Shown: in pieces, positions 38,527 to 49,146 of the stretch
How positions within the stretch are numbered: position 1 is the first letter of the stretch
Layout: each line of letters starts with the position of its first letter
Made by a program: the position numbers and the translations under genes
Origin: a virus
IMG/VR virus record: IMGVR_UViG_3300014202_001519
Strand: one strand, 5' to 3'
Length of the DNA stretch: 64,000 bases
The notes under the pieces: model-generated
Told to the model about the DNA's origin: nothing
What the model saw: the letters and a program-made list of their open reading frames with translations, nothing else
Database searches by the model: none

Positions 38527-39498
38527 TTATAATTTCATGTCAATTATTTGGTTTAAAAGTTTTTTAGCACTGACATTTATTTTAGAAACCTGATTCTTGA
38601 AGAACTCTTTGTTTTCCATAAAATCCTTCAATAGATTCAGAGTCTTATAGTAATCAAGATGCCAGAAATCTAAACTCCACTCTGGTTTGCCTATAAATTC
38701 CATGAACATCTGGTTCTTTGAATGATGCGTAATGTCCACAAAAGGTGTTCCGCCAATACAGCTAAATATAGCCGAATGTAACCTAGTTGTTACTGCTGCG
38801 TCTGCCGCAGCAAAAATGTCCAAGGTTTGCTGGATCGAGAGTTTCTCGAATAACAATAGATTTTTCTTCCAGAATTTGGCATTCGCATAAACGAAGGCAT
38901 TTGATATTCTGTCATTCTGTGGGAAACCATTGCCAAAAGGCACCAATATAAAACTGGCATTCGTATTATCCATCAATTTAGACAAATCGTAACAGATTTT
39001 GTCAAAAGCAACGTAATCCCTTGCTAGAATCTTCTCTCTCACGCAGAGGAAACTGTTTAAGGTCAACACTACAACGTTTTCATACAATTCTGATTTGTAT
39101 TTTTCGAATAAAGACTTTATTAGCTGTTTTCCATTATCTGCGTTAGGTTCTAGAATGAACGTAAAATCTGGATAGCATTGAATTTTATAATTGTCTACTG
39201 TTCTCAGGTCTACAAAGTTCCTAGATATAATCTTATCGAATTGGGATAATTGCGGGGTTATATCTGTGGCTCTTAAATTGATTGAGAATGCATATTTCTT
39301 TGCCTGTGGGTGGGCATCGAGTTGTTTGGTGAACTTTGGGGAGAGAACATCGCCGCCACCTAAAATGATAGTATCTGGCTTACCTTGGATTTTTTCGCCA
39401 AAAGTAAAGTCATGGTTTTTAAATAGCTTTGGAAAAGCTATTTTATAAGCTTCGTCGCCAATGTTGTCGTGGTCATACCAGCCTAGAACGTGGATCAT
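38527..39498 (-). CDS. polysaccharide pyruvyl transferase family protein
   Basis: GWYDHDNIGDE, ILGGGD, PDF.F, RLHSAIFS...GTP. Confidence 0.85.
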   Translation of the reverse strand: MIHVLGWYDHDNIGDEAYKIAFPKLFKNHDFTFGEKIQGKPDTIILGGGDVLSPKFTKQLDAHPQAKKYAFSINLRATDITPQLSQFDKIISRNFVDLRTVDNYKIQCYPDFTFILEPNADNGKQLIKSLFEKYKSELYENVVVLTLNSFLCVREKILARDYVAFDKICYDLSKLMDNTNASFILVPFGNGFPQNDRISNAFVYANAKFWKKNLLLFEKLSIQQTLDIFAAADAAVTTRLHSAIFSCIGGTPFVDITHHSKNQMFMEFIGKPEWSLDFWHLDYYKTLNLLKDFMENKEFFKNQVSKINVSAKKLLNQIIDMKL

Positions 39499-39516
39499 TA
39501 CACTATGTATGAAATA

Positions 39517-39756
39517 TTAATTTCCATCTTTAGTCAAATCCATTACGAATTGACGTAAATTATATAAATAGTTGTTAATGCTGCCAGGGTGGTCATCCCT
39601 GCAAGAATGGCAAGAACAAGATTTCTTCTTGTTTATATAACCTTCATATTTAGCGCACCGAATTGAACACCACCGCATCCCACATTCACAAGCAATATAA
39701 TCATCCCCATCACATATGTAATCCAGACAATAATCACATAAGAAATAAGTGTTCAT
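39517..39756 (-). CDS. small Cys-rich protein
   Basis: CDYC, CECG, CSIRC, CHSC. Confidence 0.55.
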   Translation of the reverse strand: MNTYFLCDYCLDYICDGDDYIACECGMRWCSIRCAKYEGYINKKKSCSCHSCRDDHPGSINNYLYNLRQFVMDLTKDGN

Positions 39757-39948
39757 TTAGTGTTAATTTTGGTTATTTTGACGACTACACATTGCTCCTG
39801 TGCTAATTCGTCGCAAACCTGGCTTACTATGTAAAGAGCATACTCCAATTCAACTTCATTAAAATCGGTTAAATCAAGCGTTGGAATTTTTTCTTCACAA
39901 TTCTGCAATTTTAAGCCTCCAAAACTATTTAGTTATAGCACTCAATTA

Positions 39949-40677
39949 TTGTTATATATTATGATCCAGTACATGGAAAGAGTCAGCATTATTGATGGCA
40001 AGAAACCAATTATCTATGTGGCACCACACGGAGCCACATGCGATGATGTAAATACAGCATTAATCGCGGAAGTTCTCGCAGAAGCCACCAATGGCTATGC
40101 GGTTATTAACCGTGGTTGGGAACGAGCGGAAGAGATTAACTACAAAGAAGATAAAGCAAACTGCAATAACACCTACCATTGCCATAAAGATGTAATTAAA
40201 GAAGAATTTCTAGACCCATTAATTAGATTCAAAAACAGAATATTAAAGAAGTGGTCAAGACTTTGTATTGTCTATCTTCATGGCATGTCTAACAAAATAA
40301 CAGAAACGACTGGCATCGACAACTTGCACTACGTTATTGGGTGGGGACGTGGTAAACCCGCATCTTTTACCTGCCAACAATGGGTTAAAAACTTCCTAAT
40401 CTATAATCTAGCAACTGGAGACAATTGCACAGTGGCCGAAGGTAGGTCCGAAGGAAATTATGCGGCGTGGTCCCGTAAAAATATGGCTCAACTATTCAGA
40501 AAGTGGTATCCAGACAGCGAAGTAGACTCAGTGCAAATTGAAATCATTAATAAGATTAGAAATAACCGTACCATAGCCGAAACAACTGCCCAAATTATGG
40601 CTATAACCTTCGAGGAAATGATGGCCCAAGATGCAGCATGGGAATTGCCGTCTGGCTTTAGGATCGTGAAGGTTTAG
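39949..40677 (+). CDS. Zn-dependent hydrolase-like (N-formylglutamate amidohydrolase-like) protein
   Basis: YVAPHG...D.NT, YLHGM, SVQIEI; start probably 39961/39976. Confidence 0.55.
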   Translation: MLYIMIQYMERVSIIDGKKPIIYVAPHGATCDDVNTALIAEVLAEATNGYAVINRGWERAEEINYKEDKANCNNTYHCHKDVIKEEFLDPLIRFKNRILKKWSRLCIVYLHGMSNKITETTGIDNLHYVIGWGRGKPASFTCQQWVKNFLIYNLATGDNCTVAEGRSEGNYAAWSRKNMAQLFRKWYPDSEVDSVQIEIINKIRNNRTIAETTAQIMAITFEEMMAQDAAWELPSGFRIVKV

Positions 40678-41241
40678 ACACCTGATCTTCACACCACTCC
40701 AGATCAATCATCCTGGCTTCATCCTCTTCTGGAACATAGTAGCTACTAACATTAGCCGCTGCGGTCATAAACCCACTCACGTCACTAATGACAGCTAAAC
40801 CACCTATCCTTACTGACGGCATCTTAGCTATAGAATCTAGGAAATGATATAACTCTTTGGTATTATAGGGTTTAGCAACGAAGTCTTGAATTTTAAGCTT
40901 AACATAACTTTCCATGTCCCGTTCAGGAAGTTTAAGAAATGTATAAAGTATTAAGTCTCCAACATTTCGGTTAAATTGATCCATCACATTCTCCCTAGTT
41001 TCTTAGCACACCACGGACAGAATCTTATTCTATATACAGAGCTTGCCGCGTATTCGCTATCATGGACAATAAGGCCATATTTCCCATGTCCTAAGTAGGC
41101 TACTACGTTGTCGGCACAGGCGTAATAGGTATGGATGGTGCATTGTCTGGTTAGGTGTACTTTCATTGCATCGCAACAAAACTTGCGGGGTAATTTGTGG
41201 ACGGGATCGACATTATGAATGTCTATTAGTTCTCGATGCAT
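40658..41241 (-). other. two hypothetical ORFs (40658-40987; 40984-41241 with FCCDAM...IRFCPWC)
   Basis: Coupled ORFs. Confidence 0.55.
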
Positions 41242-41634
41242 TTACCACCCTGGTTCTGGATGTGGAGCTTCCCAAATACTGATATCATCTGGAGAAAAAT
41301 GAACGCCTTGCACTTTTTGCCAACTATAACCACCGCCACGCTCATAAATGTGACAGGCAATATCAACACCATAGGCTTCTTGTTGATTATGGACGATTAA
41401 CCAGCTATGATCGTCACCTTCATGCCCACCTTCCGTAATCTCGGCGTTACGAATGTTTCGATAGATTACATCTGATATGGCGTTGGCTACTTCATCACAA
41501 ATTCCACCGCCGCCTAGTTCGGCATCCATACCATTTTCATCTTGTTCCCAACTGTTATAGACTTTTTGTGCCGCAAAAGCCATTTGTTGTCTTAGCGACA
41601 TAAGTTGTTGATATAGTGGACGATTTGTTGCCAT
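41242..41634 (-). CDS. hypothetical protein, possible Cys-His-Asp catalytic fold
   Basis: GGGICDEVA...DHSW...GVDI. Confidence 0.55.
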   Translation of the reverse strand: MATNRPLYQQLMSLRQQMAFAAQKVYNSWEQDENGMDAELGGGGICDEVANAISDVIYRNIRNAEITEGGHEGDDHSWLIVHNQQEAYGVDIACHIYERGGGYSWQKVQGVHFSPDDISIWEAPHPEPGW

Positions 41635-42133
41635 TTATTCTCCGCAATAGTGTAAATTAATCCAAGTCTCCAAGTATTCACGCTCAAGAAGTAATCTGTT
41701 GATAATATCCTCCGCTTCTTCTTCATCGCTAGGGTAAAACCCTAAACGAAATGCAAAATGCATTACAGTGCCTTGATCCGCATACCTGTCTGCGGTGCGA
41801 GCGTCAAAAGCGATTGCGTCATCTTTACGACAATCTTTTAGTTCTTTTGGTATCCTAACTTCCATATCACTTCCCAAGACATTCCAAAAACGACCATATT
41901 ACGGTCTGGCAATACTTACATTGCCCAATATATATATAGCCTCCACCATCTTCACAAGGATGCCTATTTAATTTAACTGGACGTTGGCACCTACAGGGCG
42001 GCTGAAACATTTCTGTCGCAAACAACGGTGGTTCAGCATAAAACCAAGGGCGATCCATCGCATGGTGAACTATTTTAGACTCGCCAGCCCATATAATTAA
42101 AACTTCAGATGGTAGCTTTTCAGTAAGCATCAT
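41635..42133 (-). other. two small hypothetical ORFs (41635-41877, 41867-42133)
   Basis: Coupled ORFs. Confidence 0.5.
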
Positions 42134-42142
42134 ATATTCCTT

Positions 42143-43105
42143 TTATATATTGTTTTCTTCTTTACTAGCTTTCAAAAATTCCAAATAACCCTGATAGATT
42201 TCACACTCTTCCCCACTTCCCAATTTAACAACAATGCGGCTATTCATATTAGAAATAGGGTTCAAAATAGTCCCAATAGCAATCGAAGCCATTTCCACTG
42301 CCGCTTCCATTGGCTTCTCATATACGGACTTACCGACAAACTGGCCTGTGTCCAGCTTCCAAATCCTTAAATCAGTATTCGTGACCACCGCATTTTCCGT
42401 GGATTTTAATTGCGCAAGATACGCCTTGCGATTCCGCTTCGGCATATGTGGTGTGGCGTGCGGCTGCTTAAATTGATTCTTAGCATCCTCAAGCAACTTT
42501 CTAAGCCTTTTTCTAGGAAGATTCTTATTGTTGTCATATAACAATCGTAATTCCTTAATCTTCTCCAAAGGAATATTACTTGAACCTTTAAGATTGTTGC
42601 AAATAGCACACATCGTCTGGTAGTTGCTATGTATGTCTATACCGCCGTAGGACTTAGGATGCATGTGATCCTTGGTCATAAGGATTAAACGACCATTTTC
42701 TAGTCCATAAAGGTTAAAGTGTGGGTTTTTATCAGATGGACTTAATTCTAAACAGAACTTAGACCCTTGTAGACCGCAGGCTGAGCAGCACAGATTTTCT
42801 CGAAAAACGAAATATCGTGAGCTATCCATGCGTACTTCATAGACTTTATCTTCGACCTTATATTCTTTTTTTCTTTCTTCACGGGAGACATAAGGCAAAA
42901 CGTTTTCAATATTAAATTCGGCTAAGCGGAGCCTGTGTTTTGGCTGTTTTAATTTTTCCAACCGCACTTGCTTCCTGGTCAAAATGATATCAGCGGTCAA
43001 CTGATTCAGACTTTCTTCCGTTTCAAGTTGAGCTTCTGCATGATCTTTTTCGGTTTCAAGATCGTAGGAAAAACTCACATTGACTCGATAACGATTTTTG
43101 GACAT
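42143..43105 (-). CDS. HNH endonuclease domain protein
   Basis: CSACG, HFNLYG, LMTKDHMHPKSYGG, NYQTMCAICNNLKG. Confidence 0.85.
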   Translation of the reverse strand: MSKNRYRVNVSFSYDLETEKDHAEAQLETEESLNQLTADIILTRKQVRLEKLKQPKHRLRLAEFNIENVLPYVSREERKKEYKVEDKVYEVRMDSSRYFVFRENLCCSACGLQGSKFCLELSPSDKNPHFNLYGLENGRLILMTKDHMHPKSYGGIDIHSNYQTMCAICNNLKGSSNIPLEKIKELRLLYDNNKNLPRKRLRKLLEDAKNQFKQPHATPHMPKRNRKAYLAQLKSTENAVVTNTDLRIWKLDTGQFVGKSVYEKPMEAAVEMASIAIGTILNPISNMNSRIVVKLGSGEECEIYQGYLEFLKASKEENNI

Positions 43106-43142
43106 GACTGCTCTTTTTTAATGCAACTAAACCAAGGCAAAT

Positions 43143-43170
43143 AAGATACGCACATTCTAAGCACTGTCAA
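43143..43170 (-). promoter_or_regulatory. sigma70-type promoter TTGACA-N16-TATCTT
   Basis: Upstream of HNH gene. Confidence 0.6.
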
Positions 43171-43223
43171 AAATGAATCAATACAAAAACAGAATATTTG
43201 GTCAAAGTGCAATATATAAGTTC

Positions 43224-44138
43224 ATGACAACAACAACCGAAGGAACGGGCCAAGGCTCGGCTGAAGGCCCATTAAGAGGATTTGACCTCGATAATATCCG
43301 CAAAGTATTCATCAACCAATCGGGAACATTGCTGCCATGTATTTATATTGTCGGCAGCGGTGGTGCCGAGAAGTACGTTCTCCGTGCTACTGGTGACGGT
43401 CAGGTGAAGATTGACGCTTCTGATGAGCCTGACTATTTAGGCGCAAAGCTTGTAGAAGGCACCAACATTAACTTCACCGTTAGCGTTGGTCCAAACAAGA
43501 CTTTGACTATAGACGCTACCGATCAATTCGTCAAGGTTGATGCTGGAGATTCCACAGCAAGTTATCTAGCCACCAAGCTTATTGCTGGTACTAACGTCAC
43601 CCTAACTCCGTCTATTGGCCCAAACAAGACCTTAACCATTGATGCCGCTGGCGGCAGTGGTGAAAAGGTTAAAATTGATGCCGCTGACTCAACGGCTGAC
43701 TACCTAGACGTTAAATTACTTCCAGGTAGTGGCATTACATTGAGTGTTTCTGCTGGCCCGAACAAGGATATGACCATTTCTGCGTCTGGAAATCCTGTTG
43801 TTGTCGATATTGGCGCAGCTAATCCTGACTTTGACGAAGCGGTATTGTCAATTACTTCGGTTATTAAGGGAACTGTAAGTGCAAACTTTACAATGACAAA
43901 TCTCACCATCACTGATGGTGTAACAGATAAGATGCTTTTTAGAGTAGAACTTACTCAATCTGGTGGCGGTGGCGACATTTCCTCATGGAGTTCAAACTTC
44001 GTAGGCAGTGATTTAATCCCGTTGACTTCTATTGGGCTAAGTATTGGTGCAGGGAAGACTGATATCTTGGAGCTAGAATGGGATGATGACCGATCACAAT
44101 GGATGTTGGTAGGCTTCATCAACGGTATTGCTCCGTAA
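43224..44138 (+). CDS. putative tail-fibre/structural protein with three ~40-aa repeats
   Basis: VK(I/V)DA.D....YL..KL..G.N.T...S.GPNKTLTIDA x3; TATATA 5 nt before ATG 43224. Confidence 0.7.
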   Translation: MTTTTEGTGQGSAEGPLRGFDLDNIRKVFINQSGTLLPCIYIVGSGGAEKYVLRATGDGQVKIDASDEPDYLGAKLVEGTNINFTVSVGPNKTLTIDATDQFVKVDAGDSTASYLATKLIAGTNVTLTPSIGPNKTLTIDAAGGSGEKVKIDAADSTADYLDVKLLPGSGITLSVSAGPNKDMTISASGNPVVVDIGAANPDFDEAVLSITSVIKGTVSANFTMTNLTITDGVTDKMLFRVELTQSGGGGDISSWSSNFVGSDLIPLTSIGLSIGAGKTDILELEWDDDRSQWMLVGFINGIAP

Positions 44139-44173
44139 TGTTTGAATTAACACACACTTAAAGGAATGAAAAA

Positions 44174-44545
44174 ATGGCAATCAGAACAATCGTTCAGACA
44201 GGTGACTGGACTGACATTAACACATGGGGTGAGGGCGAAGTTCCAACCGCAGAAGATGATGTTGTCTGGCAGTCAGGCAGCTTGACCATCAATACTAGCG
44301 ATGCAACTTGCAACACAATGACTTTGCAAGAATACGATGGTTATTTTAACTTCGTCAATGGCGCGGTTCTAACAATCGTAACCAATCTTTATTTGGACCA
44401 GTCAAGCGGGATAACATTGACCTTCGCTAATGGCGTAGATAAGTTCGTGTTTCTAAGCTCTACTGTAAACGTTTGGTATGATGGCGAAAGACAGGTAGCT
44501 GTCTTCGACAACGGCTCAGAAACTTTCTACATTCCGTATGTATAA
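44174..44545 (+). CDS. putative structural protein (paralogous N-domain)
   Basis: MAIRTI..TGDW.D.NTW..G.VPTAEDDVV. Confidence 0.65.
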   Translation: MAIRTIVQTGDWTDINTWGEGEVPTAEDDVVWQSGSLTINTSDATCNTMTLQEYDGYFNFVNGAVLTIVTNLYLDQSSGITLTFANGVDKFVFLSSTVNVWYDGERQVAVFDNGSETFYIPYV

Positions 44546-44553
44546 GGTAAACT

Positions 44554-44922
44554 ATGACTACAAGAAGAATAATCAACTTAGGAAATTGGAGCGATCCTAA
44601 TATATGGGAAAATGGGGTTCTGCCGACAGAGGAGGATGATATTGTTGTTAATCCCATTTGTGGGGAAATTAACATTGATATCGCTGTAACCTGTGCATCA
44701 ATTGATGTACAGAATTTTGTCGGCAGCTTCGTTTTTCACAATGGAATGCCTTTTATAGTCACCAACAGAGTATACCTCTCTCAATGTAATGGTTTTACTT
44801 TAGTGAATCCTGTAGATAACCTTTATTGCACCAACAGTGCAATACTTGCATACTGTGATACGGAAAAAAAGGTCGTAATCTACAACGATGGTGGGTTAGA
44901 ATACATAATAAGTTACACTTAA
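44554..44922 (+). CDS. putative structural protein (paralogous N-domain)
   Basis: MTTRRI...GNWSDPNIWENGVLPTEEDDIVV. Confidence 0.65.
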   Translation: MTTRRIINLGNWSDPNIWENGVLPTEEDDIVVNPICGEINIDIAVTCASIDVQNFVGSFVFHNGMPFIVTNRVYLSQCNGFTLVNPVDNLYCTNSAILAYCDTEKKVVIYNDGGLEYIISYT

Positions 44923-44932
44923 AAAGAGGGAT

Positions 44933-47900
44933 ATGGCAACACGAACAATAGCAAATGCTGGCGGCAACTGGAACACAGCGGCAACATGGGTTGAAGCTGC
45001 TGTTCCAACTGCCGCAGATGAAGTTGTAGCTACCGCTACATCTGGTAATCTTACTGTCGATACGGCGGCTGTCTGTAGGTCCATCAACCTGACCAATTAT
45101 GTCGGCACGCTCACTATCAATAATACAAATTCATTAGCTATTGGTGATGCCACCCTTCCTACAGGCAACATTGCTTTACTATTTCCAACTGGCATGACTG
45201 TAGCCTGTAATACCCCACAAATAATTAGCACGTTCGTCGTCTGCTGCGGCAACATTAGCTTCGTCTCCACCGCTGTTGGCGTTCAGACAATTGATTTCAA
45301 CAGCGACAACGTTGGTCAGGTTGGAAACGTTATTTTTGACGGTGTAGGCGGTTCCTGGCAATTCGTAAGCAACCTTAATACCAGTTGGTGGGGCACTGTT
45401 ACCATTACTAGGGGTACTGTAAACTTCAATGGTTTAACCTATGACCTTGGTAGAATCTCCAGCAGTAATAGCAATACTCGCACAATTACAATGGGTGCAT
45501 CACAGATTCACCTACACACCATACACCCAAGCAGCTTGAGAACATGGGAATTTGATACCGTTACCAACCTGACGTTTACCGCCAACACAGCCCATGTAAG
45601 AATTACTCAAGAAGCAACTTCTGGTAATAATCTAATTGGGACTGCTACGTTCAATTATAACGGCTTGTCGATGACAATGGACGGCATTGGTGCCCTCCAT
45701 ACTACGACAACAGGCACTATGACACTTGCTAATTTCACTGTGGAAGACACTGCCGTTCCAGAAGATGGTCGAACTTGGTGTACGATGACACGCTATCAGG
45801 TTAACACGCCTGTTACTGTAACCAACAGTCTAACTTTCTTGGGTGCCGATTCAGGAAGACGTATTAGAATACAGACAAACTCAGGTACAAGCTTAAGAAC
45901 CTTTGGAGTTACAGGCGCAACGGTTACAGCAGATTTTGTAGACTTCTTCGCCATTAGCTTCAACGTAGCACAGAACTTCTCAGCCAATACCGTTGGCAAC
46001 GAAGCTGCAAACACTAATATTACCTTTCCTACAGGAGCCACACAATATTTCTACGCTCCAGGCACAGGCAATAAGCGATGGTCTTATCCTGGCTACTGGT
46101 TCCTTGGAAGTGGTGGCACAGGTGGCGCAGGCCGCTGTCCACTCCCACAAGATACTGTGAGATTCGATTCAGCCTCTTTTGATTCTCCAGGGGTGACAGT
46201 CGTTTCAGATACTCCGCGTATTGGCGGTGGTACAGTAGCAGGTGGTGTAGGCATTGACTGGACTGGTGTTACAAATAATCCAAATTGGCACTTTAACCGT
46301 GCAATGGTGTGCTACGGCGATATGAAATTAGGGGCTGGCATGACTACCAGCGCTACCAGAGCCGCCTCACTGTCACTGTCTGTTCCACAAGGCACTCATG
46401 CTTTTACATGGACAAGTGCTGGCGTCACATGGGCGTTGCCAATAACATTCAGCTTGTCAGGCACTAGCACAGTTCAATTGCAGGATGATTTGACGATTGA
46501 TGCGGAGTCTGGTTATTTAAACAACAACCGTGGTGGCCTAACTTCGTCCAGTGGCGGGTTGGATTGTAACAACCATGACGTTACTTGCAATACTTTCAAT
46601 AACGCTTCTGGTTTATTGACAATGGGTTCTGGAACCTTTACCTTAACTGGTCGTGGCACGGTATGGAGCAGTGGTGGAACCGTCACTGCTGGCACTTCTT
46701 TGATTAGAATTTTGAATAACACTCGTTATGCCGCAACCTTTGCTGGTAATGGTCGTACTTATAACAATCTTGAATTTGCTGGCACAGGAAGTGGAACTTA
46801 TACGATCAGTGGATCAAATACGTTTAATACTGTGTCATCAACAAAGGCAGTGCCATTTGAAATCGCATTCACCAGTGCTACAAATAATACAGTTACATCA
46901 TTTACAATAGTTGGTACTGCTGGCAATTATGTAAGGCTCAGAAGCACATCGCAGGCAGCAAACTTTACGTTAACTAAGGCTGGTGGTGGCACGATTACTA
47001 GCGACTATCTAATTGTGAGTCGTAGTACGGCAGCACCCGCCGCAACGTGGTCAGCCACAAACTCTGTTGACGGTGGCAACAATACCGCTTGGGGTGGTCT
47101 TGGTGATGGTCCGAAAACATGGACAGGTGCAATTGATAATAATTTCAGCCTTGCGGGTAACTGGAACGGTGGCGTTCCTGGTGCTGGCGATATTGCGTTC
47201 TTTATTGGCACATATAATGTTGCTTGCACGGTTGATGCCGCAGCCAACGTCAAGGGTTGGTATATGGGCAATACCTATACAGCCACTATTACTCAGGCCG
47301 CAACCGTAACGGTTGGTGAAGACCACTATCAGCAGCTTGCGGGAACATTTACAGGTGCTACCCAGGCATTAGCCTTCAATGGCGACTTCATTCAACTTGC
47401 TGGAACATTTACACCATCCAGTGGTGGCACAACCTTTGGTGGAGTGATTGATACATTCTTCTCCGCTACGGCTGCCTATAACGTTGGCAATCTAGTTGTC
47501 AACAATTCTGGTGGCGTAAGATTGTTCTTGCTCGTCACCCTAACTGCCAGCGGTGTTGGACAGAATTTGACCATTAATGCTGGCTCTGCACTAGACACTA
47601 ATGGTTCAAGCATCGTTGTTAATGCCGCATTAACTGTCAATGGGCACTTACGTTCGACGGGTGCTGACCTAACTGTAGGATCGAGGTCAATTAGCAGTGC
47701 AACTAGCACGATTGAGTTAGCTGGTGGTGGTACAATCGTGTTGGATACAGCTTTCGCCACTGACTTATTTAACTTGACGTTGGTTGCGAATAAGACGGTG
47801 ACGGTCACTGCTGGTGCTACTCTAACCATTAATGGCACAATATCACCAGGAACGGCTGACGCTTTTAATTCTCAGGCAACACCAAACCGTGGTCAGTGTC

Positions 47901-48139
47901 AGGTATATTCAACGATAGATAACATCTTCTTTAGGTTGAATCTACAAGGGACAAGTACGGTTGGTCCAGCACTTGATTTAAAAGACTGTGATGCACGTTA
48001 TGGCAAGTGGTTTGAATGCAAGGGTTCACAGTATATCTTGAGCCATGCTTGCAAGCATCAGGGTAATTACCGCTGCATTGAGAAACCACTCCGAGCAGGC
48101 CGCATCTTTAGAAGCCATAAGAACGGTCACTTGGCTTAA
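44933..48139 (+). CDS. large T/G/N-rich beta-helix adhesin-like virion protein
   Basis: 1068 aa; [30 protein letters not shown], repeated internally (TWTG....NFS.AGNW..GVPGAGD); GAGG SD. Confidence 0.75.
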   Translation: MATRTIANAGGNWNTAATWVEAAVPTAADEVVATATSGNLTVDTAAVCRSINLTNYVGTLTINNTNSLAIGDATLPTGNIALLFPTGMTVACNTPQIISTFVVCCGNISFVSTAVGVQTIDFNSDNVGQVGNVIFDGVGGSWQFVSNLNTSWWGTVTITRGTVNFNGLTYDLGRISSSNSNTRTITMGASQIHLHTIHPSSLRTWEFDTVTNLTFTANTAHVRITQEATSGNNLIGTATFNYNGLSMTMDGIGALHTTTTGTMTLANFTVEDTAVPEDGRTWCTMTRYQVNTPVTVTNSLTFLGADSGRRIRIQTNSGTSLRTFGVTGATVTADFVDFFAISFNVAQNFSANTVGNEAANTNITFPTGATQYFYAPGTGNKRWSYPGYWFLGSGGTGGAGRCPLPQDTVRFDSASFDSPGVTVVSDTPRIGGGTVAGGVGIDWTGVTNNPNWHFNRAMVCYGDMKLGAGMTTSATRAASLSLSVPQGTHAFTWTSAGVTWALPITFSLSGTSTVQLQDDLTIDAESGYLNNNRGGLTSSSGGLDCNNHDVTCNTFNNASGLLTMGSGTFTLTGRGTVWSSGGTVTAGTSLIRILNNTRYAATFAGNGRTYNNLEFAGTGSGTYTISGSNTFNTVSSTKAVPFEIAFTSATNNTVTSFTIVGTAGNYVRLRSTSQAANFTLTKAGGGTITSDYLIVSRSTAAPAATWSATNSVDGGNNTAWGGLGDGPKTWTGAIDNNFSLAGNWNGGVPGAGDIAFFIGTYNVACTVDAAANVKGWYMGNTYTATITQAATVTVGEDHYQQLAGTFTGATQALAFNGDFIQLAGTFTPSSGGTTFGGVIDTFFSATAAYNVGNLVVNNSGGVRLFLLVTLTASGVGQNLTINAGSALDTNGSSIVVNAALTVNGHLRSTGADLTVGSRSISSATSTIELAGGGTIVLDTAFATDLFNLTLVANKTVTVTAGATLTINGTISPGTADAFNSQATPNRGQCQVYSTIDNIFFRLNLQGTSTVGPALDLKDCDARYGKWFECKGSQYILSHACKHQGNYRCIEKPLRAGRIFRSHKNGHLA

Positions 48140-48612
48140 CGTAGATCAGGCGAACCATCAGTTTCGTATTTGCCAGCGAAGGAGTCTTTCCACTTATCCT
48201 TCATTTCTTGCATTTGTTTAGCGTTCTTGGCGACGTTATTAGCAACGTTGTTACGAACCCATGCAGCTTTTTCTTCTGGTGATAGTGGTCTGCCCCACAA
48301 GTCGAATGGCGGCGGTGGGGCATCATAGATACGAAATCCGCTCTGATGGTCACTGAACTCAAAGGAAGGCTTCTTTGGCTTGGGTTTAGGGGTTGGGGCT
48401 GGTCTAGGTTGTGGTCTGCCGTTATACCTGGCGCGTTTGTTAACGTCCATAAGGGTATCATAGGCTTCCTGAACCTGTTTGAATTTGGTTTCAGCTTCTT
48501 TGTCCCCTGGATTTCGGTCAGGGTGATATTGCATCGCTAATCTGCGATATGCTTTCTTAATGTCTTCTTCAGTTGCCGTCCTTGACACACCTAGTAATTG
48601 ATAGTAGTCCAT
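48136..48612 (-). CDS. J-domain (DnaJ-type) co-chaperone
   Basis: [39 protein letters not shown]. Confidence 0.92.
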   Translation of the reverse strand: MDYYQLLGVSRTATEEDIKKAYRRLAMQYHPDRNPGDKEAETKFKQVQEAYDTLMDVNKRARYNGRPQPRPAPTPKPKPKKPSFEFSDHQSGFRIYDAPPPPFDLWGRPLSPEEKAAWVRNNVANNVAKNAKQMQEMKDKWKDSFAGKYETDGSPDLR

Positions 48613-48622
48613 AGCATACTAT

Positions 48623-48889
48623 TTAATCTCCTAAATTCAAATCTTCCGCCATTCGGTCTGCCTCAGCTTGGCTTCTTAGGAGTTTATATACCAAAATACC
48701 ACAGAACTTAGTATGGGTGGGACAACCACCTAGAGTAGCCCACTTTCTAATGAAATTGGCTACTGTTGGATTTTCTTTATCCATTCTTTGCAACTCAGTC
48801 TTTATAAAGTCGGCATCACCTCTTTCGCCAACATATTTTGCTAAAGAGAATCCGACTTCTGAATCTACTATAGGAAGTAAAGGTTTCAT
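48623..48889 (-). CDS. hypothetical protein
   Basis: Start trimmed to MKPLLP; ENP.VA...YKLLRSQAEAD. Confidence 0.55.
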   Translation of the reverse strand: MKPLLPIVDSEVGFSLAKYVGERGDADFIKTELQRMDKENPTVANFIRKWATLGGCPTHTKFCGILVYKLLRSQAEADRMAEDLNLGD

Positions 48890-48908
48890 ATTACTATTAT
48901 AAGGTAAT

Positions 48909-49136
48909 ATGATGTATTTTAATGAAAATCTTAGAAATTGGCTATTAGGCAAAAGCGAAATAGACGATGAATGTTCTGCGGTCCCGCCAGCGACTGAATC
49001 TCCACAAGATTTATTAGCAAAATACCAGACAACGAAGGATAAAGCAGAAATAAGTAAGATAAACAAGAAACTGAATAAGTTAGGATATGAAGTAAAAACA
49101 GTATATATTCTTGGCAGGAAGGAATCAATAGGTTGA
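48909..49136 (+). CDS. small hypothetical protein
   Basis: Precedes HAD gene on the same strand. Confidence 0.45.
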   Translation: MMYFNENLRNWLLGKSEIDDECSAVPPATESPQDLLAKYQTTKDKAEISKINKKLNKLGYEVKTVYILGRKESIG

Positions 49137-49146
49137 CAAGTATAAT

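Noticed and set aside
9443-43105. HNH genes as intron or intein-borne mobile elements
   Set aside because: Both are free-standing; no split host gene or intron core was seen.
49133-49146. TTGACA and TATAAT before the HAD gene
   Set aside because: The hexamers are only 2 nt apart, so they cannot form a -35/-10 pair.
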